From the NCBI GenBank assembly GCA_040387195.1, contig JAZKEF010000011.1, forward strand, positions 102,393 to 166,392: 64,000 bases of DNA, written 5' to 3'. A program made the position numbers and the translations under genes. The stretch is from Bacteroidota bacterium. Lineage in GTDB: Bacteria; Bacteroidota; Bacteroidia; UKL13-3. Below, one piece after another: positions 27,177-35,925 of the stretch (the stretch's first letter is position 1; each line of letters begins with the position of its first letter). The notes beneath the pieces are model-generated. The model had not been told where the DNA came from. It did not search any database and was given only the letters and a program-made list of their open reading frames with translations.

Positions 27177-29090
27177 ATGAATAAACTTACTGTGCTTTTG
27201 CTTGCAATATTTTTGGTGCTGACCAGCTTTGCTCAGGAACAGCAGCTCATTGACTCGCTGGAAACAGAAGTGAGAAATATCAATGCGGCTAAGATCGATC
27301 CTGGCAAATTGACGTTAAAAGTTAATGACACCACGGAGGCAAATACCCTGTTTCTCTTGGCTAGAAGTTATATTGATATTAATCCGCAGAGGGCATTCGA
27401 TCTTTCGGATCAGTGCCGGATCCTTTCAGAACGCATTGGATACAAAAAGGGAATGGGCAATGCATACAATTGTTTTGGAAGCCTTTTGGTAAACAAGGGG
27501 GATTTCATGTCGGCCATGGAATATTATAAAGCAGCATTCAAAATAAGGGAGGAAATAGGCGACAAGGAAGGCTTGGCAGCTCTATATAATAACTTTGGAA
27601 TGATTTATTATAACAGTGGCAATTACCCTAAGGCGTTGGCAAGCTACCTCACTGCACTGGAAATGAATACTGCTTCAGGAAATAAACAATGGCAGGCCTA
27701 TAACCTCATGAATATCGGACATATTTATTCCAGTTCAAAAAACTATTCCGAAGCCATGAAATACTATGTTGCCAGTTTAAGTACTAGCAAGGAAATAGGA
27801 GATGTAGGGGGAATAGCACTCTCATACAATCATATCGGAGATGTGTATAAAAACCAAAATAATAACGCACAGGCGTTAAAGTATTTTGTAAGATGTTTAA
27901 AAATGAAAGAGGAGTTTGGGTATAAAGACCTTGAAGCATTATCCTATAATAATATTGGAGAGGTTTACAAAGATCAACAGAAGTATCCGGAGGCATTAAG
28001 GAATTTTTTCGCAGCATTAAAAATAAGTGAGGAAGCAGGGTATAAAGATGGTGTAGGCATGTCATACAATTTTATTGGAATAGTATATACCCTGCAAAAA
28101 AAATACAAAGAGGCTAAAGTGTATTTGCAAAAGGGACTATTGCTTTCAACGGAGGTAGGAAATATTGAAAATATTAAAGATAGTTATGATGCATTAGCTA
28201 AGCTTGCTGCCGATGAAGGGGATTTAGGTGCTTCGTTGGGCTATTACAAGAACTATATATTGTATAGGGATAGCATGATGAATCATGAGAATACCCGAAA
28301 AATAACCCAGCAGCAAATGCAATTTGATTTTGATGCAAAAGAGTCCGTCAGAAAATCAGCACAGGAAAAGAAAGATACATTGGATAGAGTTGTGCGAAAT
28401 GTATTGATTGGAGGATTGTTGACGATGCTGCTGTTCTCGGTTATATTTTTTATACAGCGAAATTCCATAAGCAAAGGCAAAAGGGAAAGTGATAGGTTAT
28501 TGTTGAATATTCTTCCGTCAGAGATTGCCGAAGAACTCAAAAAAAAGGGAGAAACGGTTGCCCGGCAATACAATCATGTAACGGTTTTGTTTACGGATTT
28601 TGTCAATTTCACAGGCATCAGTGAACAAATGACACCAAACGAACTGGTTGCCGAAATACACCGAAACTTTACGGCTATTGATACCATCATCGAAAAACAC
28701 GGACTGGAGAAAATTAAGACCATTGGCGATGCCTATTTGGCGGTAAGTGGTCTACCCAATGAAACTCCTGATCATGCGAGTCGCGTTGCACATGCTGCGT
28801 TAGACATTCGTGAATATATGAGCATACATAAAGGGAAATTTGAAATACGTATAGGTATCAATAGTGGTCCTGTAGTAGCCGGTATTGTTGGTGTAAAAAA
28901 GTACGCTTACGATATATGGGGCGATACCGTAAACACCGCAGCACGCATGGAGCAAAACAGTGAGGCAGGAAAAATTAATATCAGTGCCTCAACGTATGAG
29001 TTGATCAAGAATAGTTTTACTTGTGAGTACAGAGGCAAGATAGAGGCAAAGAACAAAGGGGATATGGATATGTATTTTTTGATGAGCTGA
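27177..29090 (+). CDS. Class III adenylate cyclase with TPR sensor and one TM
   Basis: 637 aa. Same architecture as 14037..15926. Confidence 0.85.
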   Translation: MNKLTVLLLAIFLVLTSFAQEQQLIDSLETEVRNINAAKIDPGKLTLKVNDTTEANTLFLLARSYIDINPQRAFDLSDQCRILSERIGYKKGMGNAYNCFGSLLVNKGDFMSAMEYYKAAFKIREEIGDKEGLAALYNNFGMIYYNSGNYPKALASYLTALEMNTASGNKQWQAYNLMNIGHIYSSSKNYSEAMKYYVASLSTSKEIGDVGGIALSYNHIGDVYKNQNNNAQALKYFVRCLKMKEEFGYKDLEALSYNNIGEVYKDQQKYPEALRNFFAALKISEEAGYKDGVGMSYNFIGIVYTLQKKYKEAKVYLQKGLLLSTEVGNIENIKDSYDALAKLAADEGDLGASLGYYKNYILYRDSMMNHENTRKITQQQMQFDFDAKESVRKSAQEKKDTLDRVVRNVLIGGLLTMLLFSVIFFIQRNSISKGKRESDRLLLNILPSEIAEELKKKGETVARQYNHVTVLFTDFVNFTGISEQMTPNELVAEIHRNFTAIDTIIEKHGLEKIKTIGDAYLAVSGLPNETPDHASRVAHAALDIREYMSIHKGKFEIRIGINSGPVVAGIVGVKKYAYDIWGDTVNTAARMEQNSEAGKINISASTYELIKNSFTCEYRGKIEAKNKGDMDMYFLMS

Positions 29091-29158
29091 TGGAGGGACG
29101 ACTCTCGGGAGTGTCCGCGGTCATCAGTCTATGGTCGGTAGTCTGAAGTCTGAAGTGT

Positions 29159-29200
29159 GGGAGGGGCCCCCCTCCCCATATTGTGGTATTTTTTCAGTAC
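29159..29200 (+). terminator. Rho-independent terminator after the last cyclase
   Basis: gggagggg-cc-cccctccc GC hairpin followed by atattgtggtatttttt. Confidence 0.6.
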
Positions 29201-29232
29201 ATCCTGATTCTACATTTGAATAGTGCAGTTGT

Positions 29233-30045
29233 ATGCATATATTTATCAAAAAAAACATGAAGAGCATTGTTGTATTAATTGATTTTACAGAGGGTTCGGT
29301 AGTTGCCTTAAAACAGGCAATCAGTTTGAGCAAACGTACCCGAGCAGAGGTAACTGCGTTGCACATTGTATCATCTCCCGAAAAGGTAAAAGCTGCCGAA
29401 GAAGAACTTCATCAATTGGTAACAAGGCACGATGGTGATGTAACGATCCATAAAATGGTGTCAGTTGGAGCACTTATTCCGACCTCCGAAGAGGCGCTTC
29501 GAAAAATTAATCCGGATATAGTGCTTGTATGTACACATGGAGTGAAAGGAATGTACCAGTATTTATTCGGAGCCCAGATCCTTAAAATGGTTCAGGCCAT
29601 TCCGTACCCGTGCCTGGTGGTTCATGAAAACAAAGGAGTGGATCTTGCACGTACCGAATCCATTTTGTTTCCTATTGGCCCGCATCCTGAGTTCATGGTT
29701 AAAATCCAACAAACCGCTGCACTGGCAAAGGCATTGGGATCAAATATTGTGATCTACCGTATCGACAGGCCCGGGAATGATTTTCAGAAATTTTTGGTTA
29801 AGAATGAAGAAGAAGCCAAAAAGTATTTTTCAGAACAAGATATACCATTCACAACAGTACTCGAAGATATCGAAGTTGTTTCGGTGGGGTATTCCCGTCA
29901 AACCATTAATTACGCAGTAAAACACAATATGGGGATATTAAGCCTGATGGCCAATATGTCCAACAACGATCAGCTATTCGGGTATGGCGATAAAGAAAAT
30001 TTCCTGGTAAACGAAGAAGGAATATCGGTGCTTACGTGCAATTGA
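29233..30045 (+). CDS. Universal stress protein (tandem UspA domains)
   Basis: Two Usp-like halves (VVLIDFTEGS..., VCTHGVKGM...). The alternative start MKSIVVL at 29257 is also plausible. Confidence 0.75.
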   Translation: MHIFIKKNMKSIVVLIDFTEGSVVALKQAISLSKRTRAEVTALHIVSSPEKVKAAEEELHQLVTRHDGDVTIHKMVSVGALIPTSEEALRKINPDIVLVCTHGVKGMYQYLFGAQILKMVQAIPYPCLVVHENKGVDLARTESILFPIGPHPEFMVKIQQTAALAKALGSNIVIYRIDRPGNDFQKFLVKNEEEAKKYFSEQDIPFTTVLEDIEVVSVGYSRQTINYAVKHNMGILSLMANMSNNDQLFGYGDKENFLVNEEGISVLTCN

Positions 30046-30497
30046 GTTGGTTGCATATAAGGTTACGTGTTGGTTATTGCGGGTTGCATGTTGAGTTGTC
30101 TTGAGGAAGGTCAGCAGTCGACTGTCCGCGGTTGGTTGAGAAGGTCTATCTGAAAGACAATACGCTGTGCCCGCTGCGTTACGTATTAACAATGTCGTTG
30201 CGAACGTTGCGGTTTCATAAAATATCAATGGAAATTCAAGAATTGAAAAAGGGTTAAAATTATCCTTTCTATGGTCCGGAGGTCTTTGCTTGGATAAACT
30301 CAGCATGATATTCTTCTTCTCCAATCTTCTCGAGCTAAGCGATCTTTTCACTTTAGCTAAGCGATCTTTCAACGAAGTGGTCTCGCTTCGATTACCTCAT
30401 GATGAAATCAATTAACTCAATAAACACGTCAACATAATTAAAAATTCGTTCGTGCTTTTTCTTCTTCCTTATTTTTGTGCCTTAGTGTACAAAAAGA

Positions 30498-31355
30498 CTA
30501 AAACGATAAATTAATCATCGAAGCCAATCGCTCTGTTTTATAAAGGTTTTGCAACGGGTGAATACACATTACCGGAATTTCTTCCTTGTTATTAATCACC
30601 TTTTGCTCAACCGGACCCAGCACAAACTCAATAAGTTCTTTTTCCTTAGTGGTAAGAATGATAATCAGGTTTGCATCAACTTCTTTAGCATATTGTATGA
30701 AATCTTTGTCGAAATCAACCGATGCTTTGGCTTGTTGTTCCTCCAAAAATGGAATGTCTTGTTCTTTTAAATAACGTTTGATGAACTGAGCATTAAGGTC
30801 AATTTTGCTTTGGTGAATATCATCAATACCTTTTTGTTTGTATAGGTAAACAGTTGCATCAAACATCTTAGCCATATTTAATGTTTGCATGGTTTTTTGT
30901 TTGGTTTCAACAGAAAAGTCAACAGGTAATACAATCTTTTTATATCCTTCCAGTTGTGGCATTTTACTTTTTACCACAATAACCGGTACATTGCTCGATT
31001 CAATTACTTTAATGGCCCAGGCTCCTGTAAGCTTTTGCATGCCAACAACACCATGCGTACCCATTACAACCAGCGAGGCTTTCAGTTCATCGGCTACTTC
31101 ACCAATTGTGGTAAAAATGCTGCCTTCCTTAAACATTTTATTAACCTTAATACCATATTTTCCGGCAAAATAATCGCATTGGCTCTGAAACTGGTTTACC
31201 AAACTTTCTTCAGCCTTGTTACTTTTAGTAAGAATGTGAAGTAAGGTAACTTCATTTTTGTTTTGTTTGGCCAACATACAGGCGTGGTTGATGGCACACT
31301 CGGCAACATTAGTAAAATCGGTGGGAACGAGTACGATGTTATTATTATTTTCCAT
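30498..31355 (-). CDS. Universal stress protein (tandem UspA domains)
   Basis: Start refined to MENNNNIVLVPTDFTNVAE. VMGTHGVVGMQKL motifs. Confidence 0.7.
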   Translation of the reverse strand: MENNNNIVLVPTDFTNVAECAINHACMLAKQNKNEVTLLHILTKSNKAEESLVNQFQSQCDYFAGKYGIKVNKMFKEGSIFTTIGEVADELKASLVVMGTHGVVGMQKLTGAWAIKVIESSNVPVIVVKSKMPQLEGYKKIVLPVDFSVETKQKTMQTLNMAKMFDATVYLYKQKGIDDIHQSKIDLNAQFIKRYLKEQDIPFLEEQQAKASVDFDKDFIQYAKEVDANLIIILTTKEKELIEFVLGPVEQKVINNKEEIPVMCIHPLQNLYKTERLASMINLSF

Positions 31356-31368
31356 GCCCGCTAATATA

Positions 31369-31953
31369 TTAATAGGATTGGACAATTGCTTCAATTTTTT
31401 TAAGATGGGCCTGTTTGGTTGCTTGCCGCAACTCAATGGCTGAGCGTGTAAAATAATGATGTGAGTTGAGGAACTTGAGTTGCAGGTTATTCCATTCCTG
31501 CTCATTGCTTAAAATACCATATACGGAAAGCTCCTGATACAGGTGGTTTCCAATTTCCCAAAAATCTTCCCGGCCCAGGTAATCCAGATCAGCATCGCAA
31601 ATGATTTGCTCCAGAACGTTTTGGGGATTCTGAGGGATTTTGGTCGACATAATCATCCCGCATATCTGCTCAATCTCAACTTTGTTATAGCCGAACTGGG
31701 GAAGCTCCTCACGCACAATGGCACATCCACGTTCCTCATGATCCTTTGTTTGGTATATAAAACCCGAGTCGTGAAAAACAACAGCGGTTAACAGCAAATC
31801 CCTTTCATAGGCAGATATGCCTTCAGCATCGGCTAGTCTCAATGCGGCTTCCTCTACATCCAGAACGTGGTGGAGGCTATGGTAGGATAAGTTGCTGTGG
31901 AGCTCCTTCTCCAATCGTTTAATGATATAGGCCTTGGCTTTTGATAATTCCAT
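31369..31953 (-). CDS. HD domain phosphohydrolase
   Basis: HSLHHVLDVEEAALRLA...AVVFHDSGF (H..HD..D). Start probably MELSKAK. Confidence 0.65.
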   Translation of the reverse strand: MELSKAKAYIIKRLEKELHSNLSYHSLHHVLDVEEAALRLADAEGISAYERDLLLTAVVFHDSGFIYQTKDHEERGCAIVREELPQFGYNKVEIEQICGMIMSTKIPQNPQNVLEQIICDADLDYLGREDFWEIGNHLYQELSVYGILSNEQEWNNLQLKFLNSHHYFTRSAIELRQATKQAHLKKIEAIVQSY

Positions 31954-32040
31954 CAGTTCAAAAATACGTAGAGGGTTATAATAATAAATCCCCAAATAGG
32001 GGGATAATCAAATGTAGTCACATTTTTTATATTATTGTAA

Positions 32041-32736
32041 ATGATGCTTTTCTTCTCAGCTACATTATGTGTTATTGCAGGTATCCTGTTTGTGATGACC
32101 TATATCAAATCAAAACGGATCCAGCGATTGGAGGAGGTAAGGAACCATATAGCCCGTGATTTACATGATGATATTGGGGCGACACTTACCAGCATCTCCT
32201 TTTTTACGCAGGCAGCCCTCACCAAACTGAAACTCGATAAAGTGGAGGATGCCCAACATATCATTTCCCAAACAGGTAATACTGCCCGCGAAGCTATTGG
32301 CAATATGAACGATATTGTTTGGTTTATAAACCCTAATAATGACCAGTTAAAAGCATTGTTTTCAAGGATTGAAGATCATGCACGCAAGCTGTTTGCAGAA
32401 AGGGGAATCACTTTTTATTTTTACTACAAGGATGATGAAATGAATACCATGCTGGACATTGAACAACGCAAACATTTATACCTGATTTGCAAGGAAGCCA
32501 TTACCAATGCAGCCAAATATGCTCAGTGTAAAAATGTGGAATTACTGGTGGAGCGTAAATATATTATGATCAGGGATGATGGTTTGGGATTTGATATCGA
32601 ACAGGCCCCGCAAGGTAACGGACTGTTGAATATGAAAGTAAGGGCCCATCAGCTGGGCGCACAGTTTTCGCTCAAATCAACACCCGGAAAAGGTACAACA
32701 GTAAAGCTCGATTTTGATCATCCCCATAAAAGGTGA
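32041..32736 (+). CDS. Sensor histidine kinase, HisKA_3 type, minimal (1 TM plus DHp plus HATPase)
   Basis: One TM helix then ARDLHDDIGATLTSIS (HisKA_3 H-box). ITNAAKYA and GLGF ATPase motifs. No extracytoplasmic sensor domain. Confidence 0.75.
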   Translation: MMLFFSATLCVIAGILFVMTYIKSKRIQRLEEVRNHIARDLHDDIGATLTSISFFTQAALTKLKLDKVEDAQHIISQTGNTAREAIGNMNDIVWFINPNNDQLKALFSRIEDHARKLFAERGITFYFYYKDDEMNTMLDIEQRKHLYLICKEAITNAAKYAQCKNVELLVERKYIMIRDDGLGFDIEQAPQGNGLLNMKVRAHQLGAQFSLKSTPGKGTTVKLDFDHPHKR

Positions 32737-32786
32737 TAGTAAACCAACAACAAGCACGATACCTTTGAATAGTAATCAACCCATCT

Positions 32787-33425
32787 ATGAGTCTACGTAT
32801 TTGTATTTTTGACGACAGTCACTCCATCCTTCAGGCATTTAAGTTAATGACGGATGATGATGCCAATATGGAAGTGGTGGGCTCTTTTTTGAATACCAAC
32901 AGCCTGCTCAAAAATATTGACAAAACAAATCCGGATGTGTTGATTATGGATATCGATATGGGTGCCAGTAATGGTATTGAAGCGGTGAAAGAGATCCGGA
33001 AAGTATACCTTGAACTGCCCATTTTAATGTTTACTGTTTTTGATGATGACGACAATGTGTTTAATGCCATTTGTGCAGGAGCCAATGGTTACCTGCTCAA
33101 AAATACAGACCCCGAAACCATACTGCAATCCATTGAACAGGTACAAAGTGGCGGAGCACCAATGTCTCCGGGAGTAGCCAGACGTATCGTACAAAAGTTC
33201 CAGGCGTTAACCAGTAAGCCGGTAGCGGCCAACTATGAACTTACCACGCGCGAAAAAGAAATTCTAAAATGCCTCACAAATGGCTTGAGTTATAAAATGG
33301 TTGCAGCCGAATGTGGGATCAGCTTTGAAACAGTACGCACCCACATCAAAAATATTTACAGCAAACTGCACGTGGCTTCCATGACAGAAGCCGTAGCCAA
33401 AGCCATTAACGAGCGTATTGTATAG
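32787..33425 (+). CDS. Response regulator, NarL/LuxR family (REC plus LuxR HTH)
   Basis: DDSHSILQ...IMDIDMG (REC). ...LTTREKEILKCLTNGLSYKMVAAECGISFETVRTHIKNIYSKL (LuxR HTH). Confidence 0.85.
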   Translation: MSLRICIFDDSHSILQAFKLMTDDDANMEVVGSFLNTNSLLKNIDKTNPDVLIMDIDMGASNGIEAVKEIRKVYLELPILMFTVFDDDDNVFNAICAGANGYLLKNTDPETILQSIEQVQSGGAPMSPGVARRIVQKFQALTSKPVAANYELTTREKEILKCLTNGLSYKMVAAECGISFETVRTHIKNIYSKLHVASMTEAVAKAINERIV

Positions 33426-33567
33426 GCAATGGAGGTTAGAGATTAGAATAGAAGTTAGAAGAGGAAAGAAGGAAGGATAAGAGTTCCACAATTTCATCCA
33501 GTCTACAATTCTCCATCCTCTAACCTCTATCTTCCATCCTCGTGTATTCTTTTTATTTCTCAAATAG

Positions 33568-34785
33568 TTGTGTTCATTTGCAGGAGCATTCAACAAACTA
33601 TCCTCCATGTCGCATCCTGCCGAATATAGTAAGCTCATTAAGCAGTCGTTTTCCGAAAATACCTTTGTGAAAGTCTCTTTGTCAAATTATAAGGGGACAG
33701 AAGAGGGGTTAAAGAATTGCTATGTGAAAAGAGTACGAATTAAAAACGAAGACAAGCTCAGTTTTACCTATCGCTATCAAACACGCGATATTGTTAAAAA
33801 TTATGCACAGGAAGAAGGTGTTTTGATGATGGAAGAACTGCTTGGTTTGGAGGGATTCAGAACAGCTTCAGCTTTTACAACAACAGCCGACATCGTTCTG
33901 GAGTTTATGCCCAACGGAAAAACGGTATTGCGTAAATCCAAACCGACTCAAACCCACTTACCATCTTTGGATCACAATACAGCCAAAAACAGGTTGATAC
34001 CAGCCGGAGGAAAATCATATTTACACCTGCTGAAAATTACAGACGAAAAAGGAGAGGTATACAAAAACGCTCAGGATAAATACAAGCAAATCAATCATTA
34101 TGTAGAGCTGTTGAGTCCGCTTATTCAATCATTACCGCAGCGTGATACCATTGAGGTAACCGATATGGGTGCGGGTAAGGGCTACTTAACCTTTGCCCTT
34201 TATGATTACCTGAGCAATGAGCTCCATAAACAAACACGGGTAAGGGGAGTGGAGTACCGTAAAGACCTGGTTGAGCTGTGCAACGGCATAGCCAAACAGT
34301 CGGGTTTTGGGGGATTGGAATTTGTGCAGGGAACCATCAACGATTTTGACTCAACCGGAACGCATGTGATGATTGCCTTACATGCCTGCGATACAGCAAC
34401 CGATGATGCCATTCAAAAAGGAATCAGTGCCGGAGCGGACTTAATTGTAGTAGCCCCCTGTTGCCACAAACAAATTCGCAGGGAAATAGAAAAACACAAA
34501 ACCAAAAACGAACTCGACTTTTTGTTGAAGCATGGTATTTTCATGGAGCGTCAGGCCGAGATGGTTACCGATGGCATCCGCTCATTGATTATGGAATATT
34601 TTGGGTATACAACTAAAGTATTTCAATTTATATCCGATGTGCATACACCCAAAAATGTGATGATTACAGGCGAGAAAAAGTCTAAATCAAAAGAACAGCA
34701 AGCAGAAATCCTGGAGAAAATCAAAGCCACCAAGAAATTCTTTGGGATTGAAAAGCATTATCTTGAGACGTTGATGGGGATATAA
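33568..34785 (+). CDS. SAM-dependent methyltransferase (Methyltransf_32-like)
   Basis: VTDMGAGKGYLTFAL (motif I). ALHACDTATDDAI...VAPCCH. Start could be MSHPAEY at 33607. Confidence 0.6.
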   Translation: MCSFAGAFNKLSSMSHPAEYSKLIKQSFSENTFVKVSLSNYKGTEEGLKNCYVKRVRIKNEDKLSFTYRYQTRDIVKNYAQEEGVLMMEELLGLEGFRTASAFTTTADIVLEFMPNGKTVLRKSKPTQTHLPSLDHNTAKNRLIPAGGKSYLHLLKITDEKGEVYKNAQDKYKQINHYVELLSPLIQSLPQRDTIEVTDMGAGKGYLTFALYDYLSNELHKQTRVRGVEYRKDLVELCNGIAKQSGFGGLEFVQGTINDFDSTGTHVMIALHACDTATDDAIQKGISAGADLIVVAPCCHKQIRREIEKHKTKNELDFLLKHGIFMERQAEMVTDGIRSLIMEYFGYTTKVFQFISDVHTPKNVMITGEKKSKSKEQQAEILEKIKATKKFFGIEKHYLETLMGI

Positions 34786-34877
34786 GATAGATGGGAAGAT
34801 TGACACTACAAAAGCAACAAACCTTCAACAACTAATTAACTTTTCCCGCAACCCGCAATCAATAACTGTTCAATTCC

Positions 34878-35438
34878 TCAGTGTTTCTTGCCACCCTGTG
34901 ATTTATTGCCACCATTACCTTTTGAACCCGATTTGCTTGCCGGTTGGCGATTGGTGTTGCCTTGAACACGGCCTTGTGGTGCAATTTGCTGTTGTCTGTT
35001 TTTATATTTTGGTGAGTGGCTATCACGAATGATGTGTTGCTGATGTCCGCCATGCTTGTATTTAACATATTGCACACGATGATTGTGAAAGCGCTCATAG
35101 GCTCTCGGCTCATTAATAACAACCTTGTATGTTGAATAATAATTAATAACACCAAACCGGGCAGGTAATGATGCTACAAACAACCACCTACCACCGTCAA
35201 AATATACAAACCGTTGTTGTGGTACATCATAGTATACTTCGTATTCGGGCAGGTAGTAATACTCTACATAATCATATTCCACAGGTCCCCAAGCAGGTTG
35301 TACATTAATATTGATATGAACCTGTGCTCTTACAGCCAAGGGTGCAAGCCAGATGGTAAACAAGAAGGTGACTGCGAATAAAAACGGTCTTGTAAATTGT
35401 AAGGATGTTGTCATGTTCATTGTTATTAGTAACATCAA
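34878..35438 (-). CDS. Hypothetical secreted protein with a basic Gly/Lys-rich tail
   Basis: Signal peptide FLFAVTFLFTIWLAPLAVRAQ. C-terminal KSGSKGNGGNKSQGGKKH. Confidence 0.45.
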   Translation of the reverse strand: MMLLITMNMTTSLQFTRPFLFAVTFLFTIWLAPLAVRAQVHININVQPAWGPVEYDYVEYYYLPEYEVYYDVPQQRFVYFDGGRWLFVASLPARFGVINYYSTYKVVINEPRAYERFHNHRVQYVKYKHGGHQQHIIRDSHSPKYKNRQQQIAPQGRVQGNTNRQPASKSGSKGNGGNKSQGGKKH

Positions 35439-35925
35439 ACCTACACCTCAATCCAGTTGCATCTATTACATAACATTGGTTGATTCTTACATAATTCTGT
35501 TGAATAATCAGTCAGTAATGCTATCGTTTTTTCTTTTGTCTTTCCCGACCCGCGATCAGTAGCACATCCATTGAATGCTAAAAGTGAAATAACTGCCTGC
35601 TAAGAACTGTCGTATTGATTTTCAAAGAAGTAGGTAATAATAGTCACATTCATCTCCTTTTTTGTGAATTCGAGGGTATGCCGTTTATAAATAGGACATT
35701 TAGCCCCAACCCAAACTGCAATTACCTCATTGAACGTTTTTTCCGATTTCCACAATTTTTACTGCATTCTGTGGATTACGCTGAGCGCTTTATCGGTAAT
35801 TTGCAGGCTTGTTGGAAGGGAAAGTCCGCAGTCGGCAGTCCGAGGTCCGTAGTTTGTTACCATGTGATATTCTGAGACTTTAAACTGCCGACCGCGGACT
35901 ACTGACTGTCCAACTCTTTAACACT

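Noticed and set aside
15290-29090. The five cyclase-domain segments as a possible mobile or IS-like repeat
   Set aside because: Nucleotide identity is only about 75-80%, with differences concentrated at synonymous positions. There are no terminal inverted repeats or transposase genes. They are paralogous coding domains, not a mobile element.
31941-32159. 72-aa ORF spanning the HD gene start and the kinase start
   Set aside because: It overlaps two better-supported genes on both strands. The kinase start at 32041 with its TM helix is more plausible.
35615-35875. 86-aa ORF in the long region upstream of parE
   Set aside because: No recognisable features. It overlaps the large hairpin or repeat region, so it is more likely non-coding 5' leader or repeat sequence.
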